IMG/VR virus record: IMGVR_UViG_2602041644_000008
Location: 1 to 37,809 of that record
Direction: 5' to 3' (one strand)
Length of the DNA: 37,809 nucleotides
Source: a virus
Lineage: Duplodnaviria > Heunggongvirae > Uroviricota > Caudoviricetes
How positions within the stretch are numbered: the first letter of the stretch is position 1; every line of letters starts with the position of its first letter. Under the pieces are notes generated by a model. It was not told the origin of the DNA. It searched no databases and saw nothing but the letters and a program-made list of their open reading frames with translations. The position numbers were made by a program, and so were the translations under genes. Of the stretch, positions 1 to 8,357 are shown piece by piece.

Positions 1-516
1 ATGAAATTTAAAAAATGTCTTCTGCCTGTGGCAATGTTAGCGTCATTCACTCTGGCAGGATGCCAGTCAAATGCTGATGATCATGCCGCCGATGTTTATC
101 AAACCGATCAACTGAATACCAAACAAGAAACTAAAACCGTTAATATTATTTCCATTCTTCCCGCAAAAGTTGCCGTAGACAACTCCCAAAATAAACGGAA
201 CGCACAAGCCTTCGGCGCGCTTATTGGTGCAGTCGCTGGCGGTGTAATCGGCCACAACGTGGGGTCTGGCAGCAATTCCGGAACGACGGCAGGTGCAGTT
301 GGCGGCGGAGCTGTTGGCGCGGCAGCGGGTTCTATGGTGAATGATAAAACCTTAGTGGAAGGTGTTTCTCTAACGTATAAGGAAGGCACCAAAGTGTATA
401 CCTCTACCCAGGTGGGTAAAGAGTGCCAGTTTACGACAGGTTTAGCCGTTGTTATTACCACGACGTATAACGAAACGCGTATTCAGCCAAATACGAAATG
501 TCCTGAAAAGAGCTAA
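1..516 (+). CDS. Host outer-membrane lipoprotein, glycine-zipper (SlyB/Pcp/YcfJ-like, Rick_17kDa_Anti-type)
   Basis: Signal peptide with lipobox LAGC; Gly/Ala-rich zipper AVAGGVIGHNVGSGS...AGAVGGGAVGAAAG typical of the SlyB/YcfJ family. RBS GGAGG precedes the next gene. Confidence 0.6.
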   Translation: MKFKKCLLPVAMLASFTLAGCQSNADDHAADVYQTDQLNTKQETKTVNIISILPAKVAVDNSQNKRNAQAFGALIGAVAGGVIGHNVGSGSNSGTTAGAVGGGAVGAAAGSMVNDKTLVEGVSLTYKEGTKVYTSTQVGKECQFTTGLAVVITTTYNETRIQPNTKCPEKS

Positions 517-531
517 TGATCAGGAGGAGTC

Positions 532-1071
532 ATGAAGAAAGTTTTTCTTTGCGCCATCTTAACCTCCTTAAGCTATCCGGCTATCGCCTCATCATTGCAG
601 GATCAACTCTCTGCTGTCGCAGAAGCGGAACAGCAAGGTAAAAATGAAGAGCAAAGGCAGCATGACGAATGGGTCGCGGAGCGCAACAGGGAAATCCAGC
701 AAGAGAAGCAACGTCGCGCAAACGCCCAGGCCGCCGCTAACAAAAGAGCGGCAACGGCAGCGGCAAATAAGAAAGCTCGTCAGGATAAACTGGACGCCGA
801 AGCCACTGCGGACAAAAAACGCGATCAAAGTTATGAAGATGAGCTACGCAGCTTAGAGATTCAGAAACAAAAACTGGCGCTGGCGAAAGAAGAAGCCCGC
901 GTTAAGCGAGAAAACGAATTTATCGATCAGGAACTGAAGCACAAAGCTGCGCAAACCGATGTGGTGCAATCTGAAGCTGACGCAAACAGGAATATGACTG
1001 AGGGCGGTCGCGATCTGATGAAAAGCGTGGGCAAAGCAGAAGAGAACAAATCGGACAGCTGGTTTAATTAA
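532..1071 (+). CDS. Host secreted Ala/Lys/Glu/Gln-rich coiled-coil protein (unknown function)
   Basis: N-terminal signal peptide MKKVFLCAILTSLSYPAIASS followed by a highly charged low-complexity region. Strong RBS AGGAGG upstream. Confidence 0.45.
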   Translation: MKKVFLCAILTSLSYPAIASSLQDQLSAVAEAEQQGKNEEQRQHDEWVAERNREIQQEKQRRANAQAAANKRAATAAANKKARQDKLDAEATADKKRDQSYEDELRSLEIQKQKLALAKEEARVKRENEFIDQELKHKAAQTDVVQSEADANRNMTEGGRDLMKSVGKAEENKSDSWFN

Positions 1072-1110
1072 TCGATGTAAGTAACTTCAAGCCTATAATT
1101 CTTGAAGATA

Positions 1111-1142
1111 AAAAACCCTCTGTAGTAACAGAGGGTTTTGTT
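1111..1142. terminator. Bidirectional rho-independent terminator at the host/prophage junction
   Basis: AAAAACCCTCTGT-AGTA-ACAGAGGGTTTTGTT is a perfect 12-bp stem flanked by A- and T-tracts. Preceded by the inverted repeat CTTCAAG..CTTGAAG (1089-1107). Confidence 0.6.
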
Positions 1143-1267
1143 CATTCATAGTGCAGGGATCAAAATCATTCCCACTCAATTATTTACGATACACATAAAC
1201 AATTGACTGATAACAACTTTCTTCCACATGATTTTCACCGTACCGTTTTATATACCGTCACCGGAAA

Positions 1268-1765
1268 TCAGTGCCACGATTTTTGCTTCTTCAGTGAATC
1301 GTATTGCTGTTCGCAGGATTCTCCTGCAATCCGATACTTTTCAGCCTCAGCTGCTGTTGCGTTGTAAACTCGGTTGCTTTCTTCAAGCATGTCGGCGAGC
1401 ACACCGATGACCTTGCTGGCTGGCGTGCCAGTGGGGAAAGATCCGGTATAGTGTTCGGCGAGTCGCTTGGTTTTGTCAAGCTCGGCGCGCAGGCTGTCAG
1501 CAGCGGCATTAGCATGCTCAGCATCAACACGCGCCACATCGATACGGGATTGTGCTTCACGTTCAATTTGTGTTTTCTCCTGATCACGTTGTGACCTGGC
1601 CTTATCATCAGCCTGTTTCTGATCTTCCTGTGCCTGCGCATACCCGGCGTCGTACTGACGACTGCCGTGTGCATTCCAGGCTACAACTCCTGATATGACC
1701 AGAACAGCAAGCATCGCCATGATAACCAACTGTTTCCAGTATGCTTTTGCGAATGCCCAGATCAT
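1268..1765 (-). CDS. i-spanin (Rz-like)
   Basis: N-terminal TM ([18 protein letters not shown]) followed by a charged coiled-coil. Overlaps the endolysin stop (ATGA). Last gene of the lysis cassette. Confidence 0.65.
   Translation of the reverse strand: MIWAFAKAYWKQLVIMAMLAVLVISGVVAWNAHGSRQYDAGYAQAQEDQKQADDKARSQRDQEKTQIEREAQSRIDVARVDAEHANAAADSLRAELDKTKRLAEHYTGSFPTGTPASKVIGVLADMLEESNRVYNATAAEAEKYRIAGESCEQQYDSLKKQKSWH
1291..1539 (-). CDS. o-spanin (Rz1-like) embedded in the +1 frame of Rz
   Basis: Alternate frame within Rz encodes [17 protein letters not shown] with lipobox LLTAC, followed by a Pro-rich short lipoprotein; classic embedded Rz1. The start codon choice (M at 1539) is inferred. 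Confidence 0.5.
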   Translation of the reverse strand: MWRVLMLSMLMPLLTACAPSLTKPSDSPNTIPDLSPLARQPARSSVCSPTCLKKATEFTTQQQLRLKSIGLQENPANSNTIH

Positions 1766-2391
1766 ACCGCCAGCACCTTACTGGCAGTGATGTATCGCGC
1801 GCGCCGGTCATCAATGCCGTTCCGGCCACCATTGATAAGCAGAGTTACACGTGCAATATCTCCGGTATACTTCATGCAGCCTTTGCTGGAGAAGAACCAG
1901 GCCGCGCTACGAGCCGCGTATTCGTCCTGTGCCAGCAGTTCAGGATTCTCCAGCAGGTCAACTTTCAGACCGTTTCCGCAGTCACGATAGTTATTCAAAC
2001 CGGTAATCTGGATAAGCCCGCGCCCACGGTAATTCCAGCCATCGCCGGGAGCATTGTTACCCATGCGTTTGCTGTATACCAGATTTGCGATCGCGCGCTG
2101 GCGCTCAAGTGGCAATGGTGGTTCACCAGCGCGGCGCCCCAGTGCATTAGCCTGTCCCTGGGTGAGGCGTCCAGTCCGGACAAAGCTTGCCAGTCCGGTA
2201 ACGCTGTAGTTGAAATTCTCCTGCAACCTAGTGAACCCCCCAGACTCATGCCCAACTTGAGCAATAAACATTGCCTGATCTTCTGCTTTGCTGATACCAA
2301 ACTCTTTCATCGCAGAAGTTATATGCGAGAACCAGCGAGCGGCCAGCGCCTCGCTAATACCAGCAGCTCGCTGGAATTGTTTAATCTCCAT
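1762..2391 (-). CDS. Endolysin, glycoside hydrolase family 19 (chitinase-like lysozyme)
   Basis: GH19 motifs [12 protein letters not shown] and [15 protein letters not shown]. Confidence 0.8.
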   Translation of the reverse strand: MEIKQFQRAAGISEALAARWFSHITSAMKEFGISKAEDQAMFIAQVGHESGGFTRLQENFNYSVTGLASFVRTGRLTQGQANALGRRAGEPPLPLERQRAIANLVYSKRMGNNAPGDGWNYRGRGLIQITGLNNYRDCGNGLKVDLLENPELLAQDEYAARSAAWFFSSKGCMKYTGDIARVTLLINGGRNGIDDRRARYITASKVLAV

Positions 2392-2689
2392 GTTTAGACC
2401 TCGTTATTTTGAAAATCTGAACGACGTTACCGCGCGTTTTAATAACCGCAGCAAGCATGACAGCGTTGATAATGACCTCAGATAAATCCACAGCCATTGG
2501 CGTGCGTAACCAGATTGCATAGACGACACGAACTGGAATACTGGCTGCAGCAACAATCAGGAAATAAGCAAGCCATCCCCCCCATCTTCGGTGTTGTGAA
2601 CCGTTACGCCGGAAAGTGACAACGCGAATTGCTATGCCAGTACAAATAACTGCATTGGTGATAAGCAAAAAAAACTCATGCGTTACCAT
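2381..2689 (-). CDS. Small membrane protein of the lysis cassette (holin/antiholin candidate)
   Basis: About 3 predicted TM helices, basic C-terminus. Overlaps both neighbouring genes. Confidence 0.4.
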   Translation of the reverse strand: MVTHEFFLLITNAVICTGIAIRVVTFRRNGSQHRRWGGWLAYFLIVAAASIPVRVVYAIWLRTPMAVDLSEVIINAVMLAAVIKTRGNVVQIFKITRSKHGD

Positions 2690-3092
2690 CGTCTTTTCTC
2701 CCCGGAATTAACTCGCGTGGATTATCGGAACGGTGATAGAGCCAGATGCCAATTCGTACTGCGACGATTGCTGACACAAATGCGCCAGCAGAGAAAACAA
2801 TCCCTTTCTCGAAAGAGTCCTGCGTGATGGTAGGTATCAGGCTGGCTATGCCGATAAGAATTGATGCTGCTGGTTTGTAGAAAAGAAGTCCGCAGAGAAA
2901 ACTAAGCATCGACAAGAGTACGCGACGACGAATTGGGTACTCTACCGCAGAGGTAACAAAAATTACCGCGCCAGCCAAAGCTCCCAAAGCAACCTCAGGA
3001 GGCACTCCTGCTATCACCGCCGCCAGAGAACTCATGCTAAGCCACTGATTTAATGTTTCACTGGTTAGTTGAGCTGACATATTTTCCACCAT
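2676..3092 (-). CDS. Holin candidate (multi-TM membrane protein)
   Basis: 3-4 hydrophobic helices and a charged C-terminal tail. First gene of the lysis cluster. Confidence 0.45.
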   Translation of the reverse strand: MVENMSAQLTSETLNQWLSMSSLAAVIAGVPPEVALGALAGAVIFVTSAVEYPIRRRVLLSMLSFLCGLLFYKPAASILIGIASLIPTITQDSFEKGIVFSAGAFVSAIVAVRIGIWLYHRSDNPRELIPGRKDDGNA

Positions 3093-3301
3093 TTATATGC
3101 ATAACGACCCCCTAAATAGTAAAACATCATGCATGATAAACCATTTGTGGTTTTTTGTTACCCTGACATCGTCAATCCCCTGCCTTTGATGTCGATAATA
3201 AGGCTCGCCTTTTACATAACTCTGAACAGATTGCAGTACAGAAATGATTTAAAATATAGAGGCTTAGTTGAATTCCGCGCCATCAAATGGCGCGGTAGCA
3301 G

Positions 3302-3586
3302 TCAAATATAGAAATAAACACCAAAACAAACAGTAACAGGAACAACAAAGTCAAACAGGCTTCCAACATCCCATACGCGCGGATCAAAACCGCCCCACCA
3401 CGGCATGTTCATACGCTTGCCATGCCCGAACATTTCAATCCAGCGATATTCTGCCTGGGTGTGTTCACGCGCAATGAAGAACGTACAACCAGCTATCGCT
3501 CCATAAGCCCAGTTTCCGGTAAAAAGGCCAATCAGTACCTGCGAAGCCACAGCACAAAACGCATGAAGGAAAGGTGTTATATCCAT
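3302..3586 (-). CDS. Small polytopic membrane protein (94 aa), unknown function
   Basis: Start reassigned to MDITPF, which follows AAGGAG-N6-ATG; the upstream 21 codons of the tracked ORF lack an RBS. Several TM helices. Sits between tailspike and lysis genes, where epsilon15-like phages carry O-antigen-modification or exclusion genes. Confidence 0.5.
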   Translation of the reverse strand: MDITPFLHAFCAVASQVLIGLFTGNWAYGAIAGCTFFIAREHTQAEYRWIEMFGHGKRMNMPWWGGFDPRVWDVGSLFDFVVPVTVCFGVYFYI

Positions 3587-3620
3587 TATCGCTCCTTTAA
3601 CATAAGGATAAATAAACACT

Positions 3621-5936
3621 TCATAAAATAGATTTCGTCTTTGTAACAATAATATCTACAAAATCACCTGCAGATATAGCTGATGGTACTGTATCTGCAA
3701 GAGTAATCTTTTCTGAAGAGATGTTTTGCACATCTAATAATTTATTTTCAACCCCATCCGTATATACCAATTTGACATCACTGAATGGAGGGTAATAAGT
3801 GACTGTTCCTTGGTATACATATATTTCAATGCCTGAAATTGATTTCACTACATACCTGCCCCTTACAAGATTAATTTTGAGTTCAGATAAATCGGTTTTA
3901 TAACAGGTAATTCCTGAACCAATGTTAGCCATACTAATATCAGTATCACTATAATAAGTAATTGCTTTTCCTTGTTTTAAGGTGAAGTTATCTTTGCTTT
4001 TCCTTGGCAAGGATGTGCTATTTTTGTAATATCTACCAGTTAAGCATAGCCATGAAAATGCAGTATTCGCTACATTACCACCAGAATACACAGCTAAACG
4101 AATTGCACTAACTGGAACCCCTTCATTATTAATCCTGATCTTAATGGAAGAAATGTTAGCAACAGTAGCATATCTATGGTTAGATGAATCCCATTGCATA
4201 GAAGAAGTTATTGCTTCTGTTTGTGAAGTTATGACATTCCCATCTCCATCTAATGCATACAGGTAAATGCGAAACGATGCCGTATCTGCTGAGAATGTAA
4301 ACATATCACCATTTCTTACTGGTACATCTCCAGATTCCCATAACAACCCAAAATTCCGCATAAAAGCAAACTTAGAAGAAACTAGGTGACGGATATTATA
4401 TAAACCATCTACATCTGTTTGATATGCTAATACACCAACTTCTCCATTGTTGGCACTGGATATAAATGGGGTGTTAGCATTTAAAGAAAACAATGTTACT
4501 TCATCGGATATATTTTCCTGAACATGAAATACTGCATTCCCCTTGCCATTATCAGTTACCTCTACATAAGTGTAAGGTGATGGATTGTATGGTTCATTTG
4601 TATAGTAAGGAGAACTTAACCATGAAGCCTCAATTGAGTTATTCCACGTATATTCACCAAAGTTAATTATCAACTGTTGGTTAGTTGGGGATGATGGATA
4701 TCGTTCAAAACGAAACCCGTAGAAGTAATTGTTATCACCTCTTTGAATATCAATTTTACCTGCCCCCTCCATAGTTCCACCATAAAACTTATTGTGGTTA
4801 TGATGATATGGATTATCAGCGAAAATTATATTATTCGTACGATTCAGATAAAAATAGTTTTCATTTATCCATCCGTTCTCAACTCCAAGAAAATGAATTG
4901 TATCGACCTTTTTCAGGTTAAAGGTTGAGTATGCTATTGAATAATCCGTCGATGCCACCGAAGCATTATAATTTGCATATAACTGTAAGTAGTCGCAACG
5001 CTCAATGTTTATATGCTGCCCTTTTGCCCCGATAATACGAATATCCGGTGTCGTTTCAGATGAAATACCAGAATTTCTGATAATCGTTCCGAAGTTTTGT
5101 CTTGGGTTGTTAGGGTTTGATGCATTCCCGCCAAGCAATACCCCTATTCCTGAGTGGGATATGGTAAAAACAGCATTGGTCATTTCGAGGCTGACATTAC
5201 GAAGATTTAATGTCTCCGTAATAATAAAATTACCTTCCGCTCGTAATGTTCTGGATGATTCTCGTGCATATTCTGCAGCCAGGATCAATGCAGATGTATC
5301 ATCTGTTATACCATCGCCTTTTGCCCCAAAATCGCAAACACTAACGGTGTCTCTCATCTTATCCTGGAACGTTCGGTATACTGCTCCAGAACCATACTGA
5401 ATAAACCAACCAAAACCACCAACAACCCCGGCGATTGCAGCATCGACATAATTACGCATTGAGCGATTATTTACAGCGTCCTGCTCAAGTGATGGATCTG
5501 CAAGGTTAGAAATTTTGTTTTGCTTTGCATCGTAATATTTTGCAAGCAAAGATGGTTTCATCAATGCACGTCTGAACCACCCAAAACATTGCTGGATCAG
5601 CATCGTCAGGTAGTCAAAAGCATCTTCATGCACTTCGGGGAAAAATTTTCCCTGATTGCGAAGATCTGTCTCCTGCACTACATCAAGCACACGATCTATC
5701 GTAATTCGCCAGCCAGCAGCAAGCGGAGACGGCAGAACCACTGAACCGCCACTATAAGTGCCCGCCCCAGTTACCGTATAACCGGTATCCAGAACCAATT
5801 CTGTTACGTTCCCGTTCAGGTCAGACACCTGAACAACCAGGTCTGATTTTCTGAAAATTCGAAAAGTATACGGAAACGATGTCGTAACGCCGTTACCTGT
5901 GTATTCGTTGTGGTCAACTTCGGTTGAGACCGTCAT
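3621..5936 (-). CDS. Tailspike/tail fibre: T7 gp17-like N-terminal adaptor domain plus right-handed beta-helix (pectate-lyase-3-like) depolymerase domain
   Basis: N-terminus EYTGNGVTTSFPYTF..DLVV..DY..LPSPL..DLRN matches the gp17 N-terminal pattern. Internal CDFGAKGDGITDDTSAL is a beta-helix motif. C-terminal two-thirds is AT-rich (receptor-binding module). Confidence 0.8.
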   Translation of the reverse strand: MTVSTEVDHNEYTGNGVTTSFPYTFRIFRKSDLVVQVSDLNGNVTELVLDTGYTVTGAGTYSGGSVVLPSPLAAGWRITIDRVLDVVQETDLRNQGKFFPEVHEDAFDYLTMLIQQCFGWFRRALMKPSLLAKYYDAKQNKISNLADPSLEQDAVNNRSMRNYVDAAIAGVVGGFGWFIQYGSGAVYRTFQDKMRDTVSVCDFGAKGDGITDDTSALILAAEYARESSRTLRAEGNFIITETLNLRNVSLEMTNAVFTISHSGIGVLLGGNASNPNNPRQNFGTIIRNSGISSETTPDIRIIGAKGQHINIERCDYLQLYANYNASVASTDYSIAYSTFNLKKVDTIHFLGVENGWINENYFYLNRTNNIIFADNPYHHNHNKFYGGTMEGAGKIDIQRGDNNYFYGFRFERYPSSPTNQQLIINFGEYTWNNSIEASWLSSPYYTNEPYNPSPYTYVEVTDNGKGNAVFHVQENISDEVTLFSLNANTPFISSANNGEVGVLAYQTDVDGLYNIRHLVSSKFAFMRNFGLLWESGDVPVRNGDMFTFSADTASFRIYLYALDGDGNVITSQTEAITSSMQWDSSNHRYATVANISSIKIRINNEGVPVSAIRLAVYSGGNVANTAFSWLCLTGRYYKNSTSLPRKSKDNFTLKQGKAITYYSDTDISMANIGSGITCYKTDLSELKINLVRGRYVVKSISGIEIYVYQGTVTYYPPFSDVKLVYTDGVENKLLDVQNISSEKITLADTVPSAISAGDFVDIIVTKTKSIL

Positions 5937-6039
5937 GTTAAATCTCCAGATAGTCGCAGCACCCGTTGCGCCGCATATCTGGTTATTCTATTACCCAAAA
6001 AACCATATATGGATAGAAAGACTGTGAATATGAATAGAT

Positions 6040-6056
6040 ATTACCTTTCAGGTAAT
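6040..6056. promoter_or_regulatory. Operator dyad ATTACCTTTCAGGTAAT
   Basis: Perfect 6-N5-6 inverted repeat. Lies between the divergent tailspike gene and the 6133 ORF. Confidence 0.6.
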
Positions 6057-6092
6057 TTGCAAAACGTGCTGGATAGCAAACAAATTATTTGC

Positions 6093-6112
6093 TACTGTAT
6101 AAATATACAGTT
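6093..6112. promoter_or_regulatory. LexA (SOS) box TACTGTATAAATATACAGTT
   Basis: Perfect CTGT-N8-ACAG with an AT-rich centre, 20 bp upstream of the 6133 start. Confidence 0.6.
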
Positions 6113-6132
6113 ATTGCATGGAGAAGATTAAG

Positions 6133-6390
6133 ATGCAGCAGTATCACTATCCACTGGAAGACGGATTTACCGAAAGGATTCACACGCCGGGAGGCGTCAG
6201 GTCACTGGTGGAGGGATCGCACTTGATGAAATTACTCCGGGATCTCGATAAGGATGGATTTAATGTCGATGGCCCACTTGCCGAACTGACTGCACTGATT
6301 AACTACGTCACCAGCTCACAGATGTCTATGCAGGATCTGCAAACACATCTCGACTATTGTGCCGAACAATTACGAAAACAAACCACATAA
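6133..6390 (+). CDS. Small protein (85 aa) paralogous to the C-terminal domain of the adjacent Bro-N protein; candidate SOS-induced antirepressor
   Basis: RBS GGAGAAG 7 nt upstream. Residues TPGGVRSLVEGSHLMKLLRDLDKDGFNVDGPLAELTALINYV..DLQTHLDY align with Bro residues SPSGVLGLTENSLLMNLLNQLQEDGHDVSGAAAELTTMFCYI..DIQTHAEY. LexA box upstream. Confidence 0.5.
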   Translation: MQQYHYPLEDGFTERIHTPGGVRSLVEGSHLMKLLRDLDKDGFNVDGPLAELTALINYVTSSQMSMQDLQTHLDYCAEQLRKQTT

Positions 6391-6412
6391 AGAAAAGGCC
6401 GCTAGAGCGGCC
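6391..6412 (-). terminator. Rho-independent terminator (mainly minus strand) after the 6412..7140 gene
   Basis: GGCCGC-TCTA-GCGGCC followed by TTTTCTTT on the minus strand. Confidence 0.5.
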
Positions 6413-7140
6413 TATCGTTTCGCTTTGTGCTCGTCCCAGCACGTTTTGCACCATGCCATTAAGCCATCCGCATTTTGATTATTAGGGTAAAAGCTGGTTC
6501 GTTTTCTGCGGACATTACAAATTGGGCACCACTTCATATGGCGTGTATTCTTTGGACCATCGAGACACCTTGCACACCACTTAGTCAATCCATCTGGATT
6601 TTTTGACGATTTCCTGAATTTTTCATATGGAAGGTTTATTCTGCATCGCAAGCACTGCTTGCTACCACTTGAAACTCTGTTAGCTGATTCTTCTTTTGGC
6701 GGCGATACAGAAGGTATTCTTGCTGGCTCTGATACTGCCTGAGGTGCTTTTTTAGATGACTGAGACGATATGTCATCACCAGGGAATCGTCCATGATATG
6801 CCGGACGCGTTGACACTCCAGGTGGAAGCTCTGCTGTAAATGGCTTTGGCTGAATCAGTTGCCTCTCTTTTGCTAACTCCTGCTGTTTATAATATGTCTG
6901 GATTACCGCACTATCATAAGCAGGAGGTGCGGAAATATTAGGCGCATTACCTCCAGTTTTTTGAAACTGAGTAGAGGTGTGTTCTATCACCTGTGTACGA
7001 TTAATCGTTATCTCCCCATCTTCGGTCTTTATCGTTTTGTTATGATTAACGACCGTACGATCAGAGATCTTAGTCTTGTTCTGGTTGATAACATAAATAA
7101 TCACCGCAACCACACCAACAACTATCCAGAAAACTTCCAT
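6412..7140 (-). CDS. Membrane-anchored protein with Pro/Ser-rich linker and C-terminal tandem CxxC zinc-ribbon repeats (unknown function)
   Basis: Strong RBS GAGGAAAAG. N-terminal TM FWIVVGVVAVIIYVI. C-terminus has two repeats: CLRCRINLPYEKFRKSSKNPDGLTKWCARC and CPICNVRRKRTSFYPNNQNADGLMAWCKTC. Low GC. Confidence 0.6.
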   Translation of the reverse strand: MEVFWIVVGVVAVIIYVINQNKTKISDRTVVNHNKTIKTEDGEITINRTQVIEHTSTQFQKTGGNAPNISAPPAYDSAVIQTYYKQQELAKERQLIQPKPFTAELPPGVSTRPAYHGRFPGDDISSQSSKKAPQAVSEPARIPSVSPPKEESANRVSSGSKQCLRCRINLPYEKFRKSSKNPDGLTKWCARCLDGPKNTRHMKWCPICNVRRKRTSFYPNNQNADGLMAWCKTCWDEHKAKR

Positions 7141-7159
7141 TGCTTTTCCTCACAATAAC

Positions 7160-7176
7160 ATTACCTTAAAGGTAAT
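7160..7176. promoter_or_regulatory. Operator dyad ATTACCTTAAAGGTAAT
   Basis: Perfect dyad 20 bp upstream of the 6412..7140 start, in a divergent regulatory region. Confidence 0.6.
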
Positions 7177-7252
7177 ATCTTGCTTTCAGGTGATCAAGCG
7201 TTAAACGCAATCAACCAAATAAGGTTGATTTTAATATTTCTTCGCGTTTATC

Positions 7253-7269
7253 ATTACCTTTTAGGTAAA
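7253..7269. promoter_or_regulatory. Operator dyad ATTACCTTTTAGGTAAA
   Basis: Second copy in the divergent region, 93 bp from the first. Adjacent inverted repeat TCAACC-N6-GGTTGA (7211-7228). Confidence 0.55.
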
Positions 7270-7535
7270 TTTACATCGCACTCCTCTTGTGCCATAGTAA
7301 TTGGGCACTGGCAAAATCCAGTGCCGGGATTGGTCTCCCGGATTACTACAGAGGCACATATGCCGCATAAGCGGTTTTTTTATGTGTAAAGCGCACCTAT
7401 TCTATGGTGAGCTGTGTGGGGGCACCGAAAGGTGCGCCGGGTTCCTTTGTAGCCGGTAAGACCAACTCTGCACAGTTCACCACCATCTGATTGGTCTCAG
7501 CGGTGGTGATTAACCTAACTACAAAGGTGATCGCC

Positions 7536-8228
7536 ATGAATACCAAACCTTCCATCTTTTCCTTTGAGTCATCCTGCCAGATCCGTATGTTCATGATTGA
7601 CGGAGAACCTTGGTTTGTCACCAAAGATGTGTGCAATGCTTTGAATATTGATGTTACACAAGCGAGAAAACTTGATAAAAAAGGCTGGAACAAAAAGGGG
7701 CTGTATTCAATACAGACCCCTGGTGGAATACAAGAACTATCCATCGTTTCAGAATCAGGTCTCTACATCCTTATTCTGCGTTGCAAAGAGGCAATGACAG
7801 AGGGAACGAGAGCGTTCAGATTTCTTGAATGGGTTACAGGTGAGGTTCTTCCTCAGATCCGCCGCACCGGAAGTTACATTAAAAACTCGCTCCCGCAGGA
7901 AGAACGCATAAAGATGGTTGCCGACCAGGTAGCCAACGCCACAGCATCAGCAATGATGCAGGCAATGAAGATAGAGAACAAAACCTACAGTGCCCCACTG
8001 AAGCCCGGCTACCGTAGCCTGATTCATTCTCCGTCTGGTGTTCTCGGCCTGACGGAGAACTCACTGCTGATGAATCTGCTGAACCAGTTACAGGAAGACG
8101 GGCACGATGTATCGGGCGCGGCGGCGGAGCTGACCACCATGTTCTGCTACATCGTCGGTGTGAGCAAATGCCTGCGTGATATCCAGACCCACGCGGAGTA
8201 CATCAACGACAAAGCAGGATTCTTCTGA
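7536..8228 (+). CDS. Bro-N domain protein (antirepressor-like, BRO family)
   Basis: Start moved to MNTKPS, which follows AAGGTG-N7-ATG. Bro-N signature FSFE...IRMFMIDGEPWFVTKDVCNALNI. C-terminal domain is paralogous to the 6133 ORF. Confidence 0.7.
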   Translation: MNTKPSIFSFESSCQIRMFMIDGEPWFVTKDVCNALNIDVTQARKLDKKGWNKKGLYSIQTPGGIQELSIVSESGLYILILRCKEAMTEGTRAFRFLEWVTGEVLPQIRRTGSYIKNSLPQEERIKMVADQVANATASAMMQAMKIENKTYSAPLKPGYRSLIHSPSGVLGLTENSLLMNLLNQLQEDGHDVSGAAAELTTMFCYIVGVSKCLRDIQTHAEYINDKAGFF

Positions 8229-8299
8229 CGGGCGGCGGCACAGGGATGTGCCTTTAAATAATTCTGTACAGATTGCAGACCGGGGGTGAATAGCGTACT

Positions 8300-8316
8300 A
8301 TTACCTTAAAGGTAAA
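8300..8316. promoter_or_regulatory. Operator dyad ATTACCTTAAAGGTAAA
   Basis: Immediately upstream of the promoter/RBS of the 8358 ORF. Confidence 0.55.
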
Positions 8317-8357
8317 CCTGTTTTTATTTTATACCTGTAACTTACCGGAGATTAAAG

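Noticed and set aside
67-461. Minus-strand ORFs (62 and 117 aa) antisense to the host lipoprotein gene
   Set aside because: Gly/Ala-rich codons read in reverse give a Pro/Ala-rich artefact. The plus-strand lipoprotein is clearly real.
7397-7744. 115-aa minus-strand ORF overlapping the bro leader and gene start
   Set aside because: Covers a structured leader and overlaps the Bro-N coding region antisense. No translational signals.
8262-8271. Palindrome TCTGTACAGA as a possible LexA half-box
   Set aside because: CTGTACAG lacks the 8-nt spacer of a LexA site. Only the 6093-6112 site fits CTGT-N8-ACAG.
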